NCBI GenBank assembly: GCA_964016885.1 | Contig: OZ024745.1 | Span: 75,702,001-75,766,000 of the forward strand | Direction of reading: 5' to 3' | Source: Eledone cirrhosa | Taxonomy: Eukaryota | Length of the DNA: 64,000 bases | In this document: positions 13,662 to 25,800 of the stretch, in pieces | How positions within the stretch are numbered: position 1 is the stretch's first letter | Layout of the letters: each line of letters opens with the position of its first letter | Made by a program: the position numbers and the translations under genes | The notes under the pieces: generated by a model | What the model was told of the DNA's origin: nothing | Seen by the model: only the letters and a program-made list of their open reading frames with translations | Database searches by the model: none

Positions 13662-13662
<1 letters not shown>
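13478..13662. mobile_element. Family D (distant family A relative) fold-back element with hammerhead 3' half
   Basis: Inverted arms ~13565-13602 and ~13624-13660 contain GAAACCGC-ttggcgcc-(G/A)CGGTC. Shares gagtactcaat...gagtgggta with family A. Flanked by GA/CT/TA tracts. Confidence 0.6.
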
Positions 13663-13699
<37 letters not shown>

Positions 13700-13927
13700 C
13701 CATCCATCTATCTATCTTTCTATCTATCTATATATATTTTTTTTTTTAAGTAAAAAAAAAAAGGTTTTCGCTCTACATGGCTGAATACAATAAATGTAAT
13801 CTGAGTTTTTCGAATATTAATAATAACATTCGATTCGTTTGCAATTATACAAACAAGCCTCATTTTTAAAGCCATGTCAGTAGAATGAACAACTTCATTC
13901 TTGCTCTTGTGTTGGCATGTGAACAGA

Positions 13928-13973
13928 ACTGCAGACACTATTGTTTCTGGGTATCATCCTTCATCAGTACTGC
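13928..13973 (-). ncRNA. Type I hammerhead ribozyme (family C left arm, degenerate stems)
   Basis: Minus strand: gcagta CTGATGA aggatgataccca GAAACA atag TGTC tgcagt. Confidence 0.6.
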
Positions 13974-14223
13974 TCACTGTTCACCTGCGAAAACTTTTTT
14001 ATTTTAATTTGAATGTGGCAAAGCCGGCCATTTATCGCTCGTATACTGTAAACTGACTGGCCAGTCTGCTGATATGCAAATCTGGCTGATCAGTGGATCT
14101 GCTAATATGCAGATCTGACTGATCAGCCGGTCTGATATTATGCAAATCAGGCCGATCAGTCACTGTGTATTTTTGAAAATAGCATATATTTTCACTAGCT
14201 CTGACAGTTGGCAAGTGAACAGT

Positions 14224-14273
14224 GGGCTGTACTGATGAAGGGTAATACCCAGAAACAATAGTGTCTGCAGTTC
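14224..14273 (+). ncRNA. Type I hammerhead ribozyme (family C right arm)
   Basis: GGGCTGTA CTGATGA a GGGT aat ACCC a GAAACA atag TGTC TGCAGTTC. Stem I is 8 bp with wobbles and extends further (gtgaaca/tgtttac, tggca/tgcca). Confidence 0.8.
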
Positions 14274-14409
14274 TGTTTACATGCCATTACAAGAGCAAGA
14301 ATGAAGTTGTTCATTCTACTGACATGGCTTTAAAATTGAGGCTTGTTTGCATAATTGCAAACGAATCGAATGTTATTATTATTATTCAAAAAACTCAGAT
14401 TACATTTAT

Positions 14410-14453
<44 letters not shown>

Positions 14454-15079
14454 GAGAGGGAGAGAGAGAGAAAGAGAGAGAGGTGTGTGTGTATGGTGTA
14501 TGTGTATTTGTGTGTATGTATAAGAATCTAAATGTGGGAAATTAATTACTCTTAATACGACTATAGTTTAAGGGACTATTATTTCATCGTCAGAAGTGAA
14601 ATCATTTCTTTATATATTAATACATTGTTTTGATCAATATTTATTTACATTTATCATAGCTAAGTTTTGATCAATTTGATTTCCGATTGTTATCGATATT
14701 GTGTTTCTGGCTATCGACACAATACCAAACTCTATTCTAACACGGAATATTTATTTCTAAACAGATAATACTGTAGTAACATTCTTATTTTACTATAGCA
14801 CTAATGAAAACAGAGAGGGTAGTAGAACAGTTCACCTATTGGTCCGTAAGAGATTAGGTAATTATCTGTAACAGGTATGTGATATGTTAGAAGGTGGTGC
14901 TTTGAAAATCACCAAGACATTTATAAAGAACCATCTATTGGGTAGAGGATACCTGGTATATTTGGTGTGAGCAGTAAGGTGTTCTTCTGCAATCTCGTCC
15001 TCTCCATGACTGGTACTCGTAGCGGTTTTATATGATTTGTTTAAAATCGTTACCTTTAATATTTATACATGCATACATG

Positions 15080-16340
15080 ATGGCAGCCCCCTCGATATCA
15101 AGTATGGCCATTGCACGATATACCATTATTAATAATTATCAATTAATGCTATCGTGCAATGCCTGTGCGAGAAGATTTTATTTTAAGTTAGGAAAGACTG
15201 TGCACTGAGCCAATCCCACTCCCTGAGCGACAGTAGCTATAACCCGAAAAGAAGAAAAGATCAACATCATCGCTTACTGAGGTGCAGGTTCTATATCGGA
15301 GTTATCCCAGTTTCCTGAGTTGCCTTCACCTAGAAGAATGCCCTGACAAGGGCCAAGGGTCCTTCACTCCCAGCCCGATTATTTCTATGTCCCCGCGCAT
15401 ATACATACATATGCATACACATATATACATATATACATACATATATACACATGTACATACACATTTTTGGATGGCCGTTGACTCTTATGAGTTCTTCTGC
15501 CCTTTGTCAGATCCTATTTTTGTCCTGCGGAGTGTCCAAAATCACCCTCCTCGCTAAGTAAACTTGGTGGGGTTGCCGGTTTAGTCACCGACAACCCGAC
15601 CTAGCGACAGGTTGTACAGGGTTACATGTTACCAGTAGCACTGAAGAGGGACCCGACATACATACATATATACATACATGGTGGCTGCCAACTCGTTTTC
15701 GAGTACGGCCACTACTCTATATCCATGTAGGAGAACCCCTACCGATGCGCTGAACGAGTGTGGCTTTTTAGTCCAGCCAGCGACTTGAAAACTCTGGTAC
15801 AAACACTACACTTGGGACAATTATTGACACACAGTGCTGGGCCCTTGGTACCATGTGACGACAAGTGCAGAGAGATCTCCAGAAATAAAGCAATGCATGT
15901 GCCGTGAAGCTTTTATAGTGAGCAAAGGCACTCCACAAACCCAGTCCCACTCTCTTAACCAAGATGATATTTACCAAAAAGAAGAACAAGTCAACATCAT
16001 TGGATACCATCAGGGTTGCAGATGTTATATCAGAGTTTTCCTTCTCCTAGAATTCTGCCTTGACAAAGGCTAAAGGGTCATCTCTCACGGTGATTTTGGA
16101 TGGCCATTGACTCTTAAGAGTCCTTTGCCCTTTGACAGGTTTTGTTTTTAATCCTGCAGGATGTCTAAAATCACCCTCCTCGTCAAGAAACCTTGGTGGG
16201 GTTGCCAGTTTAGTCGCCAACGACCCGACCATGAGACAGGTTGTACTGGGATACATGTTACCAGTAGCACCAACTGGTGACCTGACATATATACATACAC
16301 ACACACATACATACATTATGGCTGCCCCCTCGTTATCGTT
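15080..16340. repeat. Diverged tandem copies of an unclassified interspersed repeat
   Basis: 15465-15665 matches 16095-16295 (tttggatggcc.ttgactctta...cttggtggggttgcc.gtttagtc...catgttaccagtagcac). The motif tggcWgcc..ctcg recurs at ~15080, ~15683 and ~16319. Confidence 0.6.
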
Positions 16341-16538
<198 letters not shown>

Positions 16539-16800
16539 ATTATTGCTGTTGTTTAACTCTAGGGGAGCTCTGACTCTATTTATGATCAAGAGCATTCAAA
16601 CTGTAACAATCTCATCCTTTTTTACTCCTTTGAAATTTTGTGTATCTAGGACATTATCTACTGCATCATTCCTGTGCTGAGACAGGAGATTTAGCTGCTA
16701 TTTCTAGTATATCATGTGACCTTAAGATTGAAATTTATTATACGGAAAATCTGCAGCCGCCATATACATATATATATATACATATAAATATATATATATA

Positions 16801-17340
16801 AATGGATTTAATGCTCTGAAATAGCGATATATATGTGAAGACAAACATAGAATATTCGAAAATATTCTGTATGTTTATAATAAACATTTTGAAGACCCAA
16901 TCGCTATAGAATAGAATACGTCACGTATTACAATTTGAGATTCTCGATAAAAGCAAGGGAAGTAACCTACGCGTTTCATTCTTATTAGAAATCATCAGGA
17001 TTACATATCCAATGCTTTTATCGAGAACGACACAGCTAGAGACTTATAGAATACTTAGCTGTGTACAGGAACTGGTTTGAAAGAGCGGTAGCCGGTCCGG
17101 CAGAAATTAGAATTTGGATTTAATGCTCTGAAATAGCGATATATATGTGAAGACAAACATAGAATATTCGAAAATATTCTGTATGTTTATAATAAACATT
17201 TTGAAGACCCAATCGCTATAGAATAGAATACGTCACGTATTACAATTTTTTTCTAATTTCTGCCGGACCGGCTACCGCTCTTTCAAACCAGTTCCTGTAC
17301 ACAGCTAAGTATTCTATAAGTCTCTAGCTGTGTCGTTCTC

Positions 17341-17344
<4 letters not shown>
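16801..17344. mobile_element. Family F retrozyme-like element: 1.4 tandem copies of a 312-bp monomer plus inverted arm
   Basis: 16803-16936 is identical to 17115-17248. 17251-17344 is the reverse complement of 17019-17112. (TA)n on both sides. Confidence 0.9.
16962..17004 (-). ncRNA. Minimal type I hammerhead ribozyme (family F)
   Basis: Minus strand: GTAATC CTGATGA tTTCT aata AGAAt GAAAC gc GTA GGTTAC. Palindromic ACGCGT stem III. 15-bp extension ttctcgataaaagca/tgcttttatcgagaa. Confidence 0.9.
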
Positions 17345-17888
<544 letters not shown>

Positions 17889-17975
17889 GAGAGAGAGAGG
17901 GGGGGGGAGAGAAAGTGGGAGAAAGAGAAAATAAAACAAGGACGATTGGTTATTCCGTCATTACGTTTATTGGTT

Positions 17976-18060
17976 GGTGACGCGCGTTTCGCCACTGATC
18001 AACTCAAGGTTCGATCTGTATCGATCTAGCCCGACTCTGTAATCCACGGCTCGTCAGACC
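17976..18060 (-). ncRNA. Type I hammerhead ribozyme (family K) with large stem II insertion
   Basis: Minus strand: GGT CTGACGA GCCgt[~50 nt]gtGGC GAAAC gcgc GTC ACC, followed by aaccAATAAA. Palindromic ACGCGCGT stem III. Confidence 0.75.
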
Positions 18061-18179
18061 CCTTACAATGGTAATGAAAAAAAATATATATATATATAAA
18101 ATAAATATGTCATGTCCGAGACATGCGCCATATCCACTGTAGAATAAGCTCAAAGATTCCAATGAATAGATCCGAGCAT

Positions 18180-18202
18180 TTTATATCAACCAGAAATTGA
18201 TT

Positions 18203-18257
<55 letters not shown>

Positions 18258-18378
18258 AACACATGAAACAATCACAGGGGATAATTTGTAAAGTGTGTAA
18301 GCAAATTACCCACTGTGATTGTTTCATGTGTTTATTTTAGATAGATATATATGTCAATCAATTTCTAGTTGATATAAA
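18180..18378. repeat. Fold-back inverted duplication containing an internal (TA)n
   Basis: tttatatcaaccagaaattgattgacata..aaaataaacacatgaaacaatcacag is mirrored by ctgtgattgtttcatgtgtttatttt..tatgtcaatcaatttctagttgatataaa. Confidence 0.8.
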
Positions 18379-18398
18379 TATATATATACATACACATA

Positions 18399-18482
<84 letters not shown>

Positions 18483-18519
18483 TCTGTGTGTATGCGTTTC
18501 TGTAGCCTAGTAGTTCGAC

Positions 18520-18606
18520 AAAAAGAAATTGATCAAATATTTACCAAAAAAGAGATTGATCAAATATTTACCAAAAAAGAGATTGATCAAATATTTACCA
18601 AAAAAA
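18520..18606. repeat. 27-bp tandem repeat x3
   Basis: caaaaaagagattgatcaaatatttac repeated. Confidence 0.9.
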
Positions 18607-20107
18607 ATACTGAAATCGATATGAACGACTAAATCCCTTTGAGGCAGTGCCCCAGCATGGCCGCAGTTTAATGCCAAAAACCATTCAAAGAAATAGTAAA
18701 ACAAAATAATAATAAAAGAATATTCATGAAATACTTGGCTATTTATTGAGGTTAATAATTTGAGAGAACCTTTTCACAGAGCCAACGCCTGTCCCTAGGC
18801 ATGCTCTGCAATGGGCATCCCTTTTGCCAGTTATGCAGCCCATCCTCTCTAATAAAATAATTTTAACCTACAGTTTGGTAAGGTGACGAACCTAGTTTTT
18901 TAACCAAACTAAAAAAATATTACAAAACCTGCGTTTTTCACTATTTTGTTCACACACACCCACGCCAAATCCTGTGACAGGTCATAAGAACATACGAACC
19001 TCTCCACTGCTTTGGATATTCATACAACGCTGCTATTCCGCAGAGATGTTTCGTGATTTATTTATTGATCGCAGGAAATTATTATATATTTAAATTTAAT
19101 CACACAAATTTGTATAAAACTATAATGCTTTTCTTTAAGGCCTGTGCCCTAATTTGTCTCCATGATAGCACCGTCTCTGCCTACTAACAATATTTAATCA
19201 AGCAAAACGAATGATATTGTCATCTTTAATACAAAATACCACGACCTCTTAAACACAATTTAATAGCAAGTTTTTGAACCGGTAGCATAAAGTTGAACAA
19301 TCATTTCCGGTAAAATGAGAAGAAAGTTATTTAAGTGTACAAGTTGAAGTGTCTGATTACTGCTATTAGATGTCAAAACGGTAGCAAGACAAATAAAGTA
19401 TGGTCAATTTAAATGTCTAATTCGAAATTCAGTGGGAAAATTTGGGAATAATACTCAATATTATTAAAATAATATTTCCGTAGCGTATTCAAATGCATTT
19501 CTTTCATTAATAAGACAGATTCAAGAAATAATTAATGGGATATACAAATCCTTTATAAAAGAAATATAATTATTTTTCTAAAGTTTAGATCACCAAACGA
19601 TGTTTTCTACATTTTATACACGATGAAGGTTTCACGAAAGTGTATGTGGATGATTCAACGATTCACTAAACAAAAAAATACCTTTTAATAATATTAAATT
19701 TTGGGAATGTGGTTCTTAATGAGTTTAATGGCTTAAGTGACACAGATTTTTAAAAAGCTATTTTCAATCCTATCAGGCAACGTTTGAATAGAGATTATCC
19801 ACTTCGTCTACGTTACCCTAGTGACGCATCAATCCTCTTAACTGTTCCTACATGTGGACAAATGAGAAGTTAAATACATAATCAGATAGTAGCAGCAGAG
19901 AACCAGATCAGCAGAGAGTTAAGCTCAGTTTGTTTTCTATACTTGATAAAGCATATATCATGACAGAACATGAACAAACAAAATAAACATACAAAATAGT
20001 TAATATGGTTAGGTTTTTATAAAAATGTATATACATATAAATATACATATATATATATATGTGTGTGTGTGTGTTCTCTATCTTTTTGTTATATATATAT
20101 ATAATAC

Positions 20108-20279
<172 letters not shown>

Positions 20280-20294
20280 TATATATATAATATG

Positions 20295-20360
<66 letters not shown>

Positions 20361-20876
20361 ATATATGTTTATAATATGTATTATATATATATATATATAT
20401 AACAAAAAGATAGAGAACAGCTACAATGGTAGGACATATGACATTTTGATAGGACGGATTTTGATTGCTGGAGGAGGGCTGAGACCGCAAGAAATGCAAG
20501 AATTCTTTTATGCTTTCTCAGTATAAAACTTGAATACCGCTAGCTGCAACACATCATCCTCGTCATCATCATTGTCAGATTATCATTGTTATCATTATCA
20601 TTATTGTTGTTGTCATCATCATCATATTCACCCTTATCTCTATTATCAGCAAGCATCACTGCTCAATGCTTCATCCATCATTATCATCACCGACATCTAT
20701 GTCCTTGTTATTTTATGTTTTATTATTTCCTGGATACAAAATATTGTGGTTCTACCAACAAGCGGTATTAATGGAGATCCTGAAAACATAGAGTTTGTTA
20801 TTTTCTTCTAGAGATTTTCTATTCCAAATAGCCTGCAACTCTTCTCTCTCTCTCTCTCTCACTCTCTCTCTTTTTT

Positions 20877-20927
<51 letters not shown>

Positions 20928-21240
20928 TTTTCTATCTCTCTCTTACACACACACACACACACTTTCTCTCTCCCTCCCCATATATATATATATATACATA
21001 CATATTTATATATATATACATATATGTGGAAATATACATATATACATGCTTATATACATATATACCTACCTATACATATGTATATGTATATATATGTGTA
21101 TGCGTGTCAGTGTGTGTGTGTGTGTGTGTGTGTCAGTGTGTGTCTTTGTATGCGAAAAGTAAACGAAAAACAACATACGAAAACGATAAAGTACAGTGTA
21201 GATGTATATTAGTTTAACATTTGATATAGTAGGAAAATAG

Positions 21241-21276
21241 TTATAACGTTTCGGACGTTAGTCCTTCATCAGAAGA
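21241..21276 (-). ncRNA. Hammerhead core (family L), stem I degenerate
   Basis: Minus strand: tctt CTGATGA a GGAC taac GTCC GAAAC GTT ataa. Homologous copy at 45453-45488. Confidence 0.55.
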
Positions 21277-21408
21277 GAGAATGAATGATAAAAAAAGAAA
21301 CACCAAAACAATTCTTTTAGTCATTTTGGAGAAATGAGGGTCAAAATGTGTCTTCGATGTAAGAGAGTTTTTGAAAGGGAGATAAATACACACACACACA
21401 CAGAGAGA

Positions 21409-21469
<61 letters not shown>

Positions 21470-21470
21470 T

Positions 21471-21524
<54 letters not shown>

Positions 21525-21664
21525 CACATAAATCCTTGCCGGATAGACAGCTTCGCACTCATCCGCTATCGTAGAGTTATTCCCCGCTGAAGAAGTGATG
21601 CAGACATTGGATTGGATAGATGCATGGTGCTGCCGCTGTGAAAGACAAATTGCAATATATATGT

Positions 21665-21707
<43 letters not shown>

Positions 21708-21761
21708 CGTGTGCGTGTGTGTCTATGTGCATGTATCTATGTATGTATAAATGTAAATAAC

Positions 21762-21905
21762 GGTGTACTCATGCCCGTAGATGCTATAAAATACCTTTAA
21801 AATGCGGTGACAACCCTTAAAGACGACAACTTCTTTATTCCGTCTGTAAAGGTCTTTACCCTATTTTAAAAGATATTTTATAGCATCTGCACGCATGAGC
21901 ACACC
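21762..21905. repeat. Imperfect hairpin / MITE-like dispersed repeat
   Basis: ggtgtactcatgc..agatgctataaaata is mirrored by tattttatagcatct..gcatgagcacacc. Related sequence at ~52895-52997. Confidence 0.6.
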
Positions 21906-22003
21906 CCCTCTTCATATCAACTTAATCTCCTCACCACTTTATACGGCTACGTACGTGTTTATACATACTCGTTTCCTGCTATTTCAAGCGTTAAACTTAT
22001 ATA

Positions 22004-22085
<82 letters not shown>

Positions 22086-22121
22086 AGTTTAACGCTATTT
22101 CAATATTTCAAGCGTTAAACT

Positions 22122-22210
<89 letters not shown>

Positions 22211-22432
22211 GAAAAGATTCAGGACCCCGACGGCTGAGCTCCGGCAGTTTCGACAGCTAGATCCGAACTAAAGCGCCAGTATTCGAACGACGGGAATCTA
22301 GTTCGGATCTAGCTGTCGAAACGGCCGAAGCTCAGCCGTCGGGGTCCTGAATCTTTACATATTACCCACTCTACTACCTCAAGTATCGAGTACTCTGGTG
22401 GGTTATGGTCCACCTGGTTTTTTGCCACACCC
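22211..22432. mobile_element. Family A subfamily fold-back copy
   Basis: Arms 22213-22270 and 22297-22356 (tagttcggatctagctgtc GAAACGGC cgaagctca GCCGTC ggggtcc), then a diverged family A tail. Confidence 0.75.
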
Positions 22433-22567
22433 TATCTGATATTCTGGACTAGCCGTCGAAACGGCTTGAGCTCTGCCGTCGGGGTCATACTTTTTCCTAT
22501 TACCCTAAGTATTAAGTACTCTGGTGCGTTATGGTCCATCTGGTTCCTTACCACAATTCCTTCGTTA
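22433..22567 (+). mobile_element. Family A 3' fragment
   Basis: tagccgtcgaaacggcttgagctctgccgtcggggtc...ccttaccacaattccttcgtt|ATATA. Confidence 0.8.
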
Positions 22568-22573
22568 TATATA

Positions 22574-22660
<87 letters not shown>

Positions 22661-22665
<5 letters not shown>

Positions 22666-23230
22666 GGAAAAAATGAAACGAAATTTCATTTCTCACTCTT
22701 AGTATGGCTGTATATATATATGTGTGCATGTATGTAGATACCTATACATACTACTGTATGTCTGTATACATATATGTATGTACGTATACATACTTATATT
22801 TAAGTAACATCCGTACTAAGAGTGAGAAATGAAATTTCGTTTCATTTTTTCCGTTTATCGTTTTCGGTACCCCGGCCGATTAACTCACTCGATATGCAAA
22901 TTAGGCTGCTCAGCTGTTAATATGCATAAGGAAAGTATATACTTTCAGACGTTCAATCATCTGGCAGGAAGGTATACGTTGCTGACGATAGCTAATAAGC
23001 TTGAAACTAGTACAGCGTTCCTTTGTCAGTGTTGAACAAATGAGCAACGATGGTTGCTAGACACTGTACGGCTTAATACGGGATGTTTGTTTAAAACACA
23101 CCGAGCATTATAATAAATGTTCGGGGAATCCATACGTACATATATATATATGTGTGCATGTATGTATATATATATATACATACTACTGTACGTCTGTATA
23201 TATATATGTATGTACGTATACATACTTATA
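22661..23230. mobile_element. Family B retrozyme-like element: short inverted arm plus ~1.2 copies of a 430-bp monomer
   Basis: 22661-22710 is the reverse complement of ~22808-22857. Direct repeat 22721-22797 matches 23151-23230. Complete hammerhead inside. Confidence 0.85.
22976..23018 (+). ncRNA. Minimal type I hammerhead ribozyme (family B)
   Basis: ACGTTG CTGACGA tAGCT aata AGCTt GAAAC ta GTA CAGCGT. Palindromic ACTAGT stem III. Stem I extension ctggca/tgtcag and gttcaa/ttgaac. Confidence 0.9.
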
Positions 23231-23323
23231 TATATATATACGTATATATATATATATATATATATATCAGGCAGATATATATGTTGATGCATACTTATAT
23301 ATATATATCAGGCAGATATGCGT

Positions 23324-23445
23324 ATATGTTGATGTCCTAAGGACAGACACTGGTCTGTTGGAGACGCAGGACATGGCAGCGATAATGAGGGACAGAGACC
23401 GCTGGAGAGAACTCGTCCATGGATCTCGGGAATTTTACCCGCCTT

Positions 23446-23450
<5 letters not shown>
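23324..23450 (+). mobile_element. 5'-truncated RTE LINE 3' end
   Basis: Near-identical (2 mismatches seen) to the reverse complement of 62591-62717; runs into (TA)n. Confidence 0.9.
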
Positions 23451-23535
<85 letters not shown>

Positions 23536-24112
23536 GGTGGGCTGCTACAGTTTACGTCTACCAAATTCCAGTCACATTAGTACGTACTCAATGTACCGCA
23601 CAGCGTAACTGAACCCGGAATCACATGATTGCAAAGGGAACTCCTTAATCACATAGTGATGCCTGTTATTTCTAGCATGGTCGACAAGTACATAGAAGTT
23701 CCTATTGCTATTTATGAACATAGCAACATAGATATCTATTGATTTATCCATTCGCAGATTATTATATAGTCCTAACGTTACTTTGACGACGGCTCTAACT
23801 GCAGTTTACCTTTCATTGCTATATAATAATGGTCAATATCGAAATTGGTCTCGCCCTAAGGGAGTCTGAGGCTCAGAACTAGTGAAGCCCAGGCTCAAAA
23901 CAAGTAGAAATGCAAGGACAACATAAACTATAAACTATATGTATACATTTTTTTATTATATGTTAAGTAATGTTACTCTCAGGGGTGATGTGTATACTTT
24001 GATATCATTTGTTGATAGCATATGTCGGCAATAGTCAAAAAGATTAATCCTTTTCTTTCTACTACCCCCTTTACTGTCTATTAAAATCCGTCTCAATATC
24101 TATCATATATCA

Positions 24113-24151
<39 letters not shown>

Positions 24152-24171
24152 AATGTGTGTGTGTGTGGGTG

Positions 24172-24271
<100 letters not shown>

Positions 24272-24630
24272 TGTGTGTGTGTGAGCGCGCGTGCGTGTGT
24301 GCGCGTGTGTGTGTGTAACGATGTATATATAATTACACCGAATATGAAAAAGCACTTGAAAATATGAGCAATTCACATATTGAGATAAACATATATACAC
24401 ACACATATATACTCACATACATAAATACATACATACATAAATGCATACATACATACATACATACAGACAGACAGACAGACATAAAGACATACATACATAA
24501 TTCATACATTCATACATACATACATACATACATGCATACATACATACATACATACATACATACATACATACATACATACATACATACATACATACATACA
24601 TACATACATACGTGAGTGGGTGTCTGTGTG

Positions 24631-24674
<44 letters not shown>

Positions 24675-24752
24675 GTTTCCATCTAACAAATTCCTTTCAC
24701 AAGGCATGGGTCAACCCGAGGCGTTAGCATAGGACAGTATCTCTGCGGATAT

Positions 24753-24787
<35 letters not shown>

Positions 24788-24829
24788 GGTACATCAAATT
24801 ACTAATACGAGGAAAGAATAGACAAAGAA

Positions 24830-25262
24830 TTACCTTTCTTTTTGAAGCCCCTACTGCAGTTTCATCGACTGGTCTGCAATATTGGTGCACCAAAGAAGTG
24901 CACCAACGCTGTGAAGCTGTCGAATCCTCAAGGAGACCCCTCATTTTGTGGACTGTATCCTGATCCGACCGGGTGCTCTGCTTTTTCTAGCAAATGTGGC
25001 ACTCATCAAATGTCCGGCCTTTGCCTCCCTTCTGTGATCTATACCACGTGACGATTTCTACCTCTAGACCCTTGGTGTGACAAGGGTCCTGGACACCTTC
25101 ACTTTGAAGGACTTCAATGGAGCCTTCACAAAGTGGTTGGAGTACTACAAGTGCATTGAAGTCAGAGAATTCTACTCTGAAAGAGATTAGAATTTTGTAC
25201 TTCTTTGAAAAAAAATGTCTCTCCTGAAGAAGTTTCAAAACTTCCTGAATATACCTTGTGTA
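24830..25262 (+). pseudogene. Mariner transposon remnant
   Basis: ~25077-25190 translates to VTRVLDTFTLKDFNGAFTKWLEYYKCIEVREFYSERD*, resembling the mariner transposase C-terminus (W..RW.KCI...G.YFE). TIR-like end followed by TA. Confidence 0.6.
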
Positions 25263-25265
25263 TAT

Positions 25266-25318
<53 letters not shown>

Positions 25319-25800
25319 AGAGGGGGCCGGAGCCTAACGTCCATATTAACATTATACGAGACGTGGATAATAACACTAAAGCAACATTTTCAACAGCGGA
25401 AAATGGCCAGCTGTCATCTGGCTTATGAACATGAAAATAGTAATATCGTTAGGGTAACCACTAATCTAGAGGAAAGACATGATATAAAACCTGATACAAA
25501 TCTCTTTTCTCGGGAATATTGAAAGACTCCACTCAATACTCGAACAAAATAAAAATTAATGAAGCAATTCGCTAAAAATGTTGTATATAGTATATATGGA
25601 TGGATACGTGAGACGAAAATTACAGACCTTACAGAAGATAAACTACACTAAACGCCTGACACGGAGGTCCGACAAGTTCATAACATCCCTCCTCGAAGGA
25701 TACCTCCATTCAATCCAGTAACAAAAATCTCCAACAAATACTTACTGCACAGTAAGGTCATCCCTTGACAATAAATGTAGGCAGGGCAAAACAATGACTG

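Larger units (their letters stand above)
13762..14410. mobile_element. Family C hammerhead element, fold-back with ~200-bp arms
   Basis: 13788-13990 is the reverse complement of ~14210-14409. Central spacer has 33-bp tandem repeats. Hammerhead in each arm. Confidence 0.85.

Noticed and set aside
14570-14600. CTGACGA-t-GAAAT on the minus strand
   Set aside because: No stem II and no flanking pairing.
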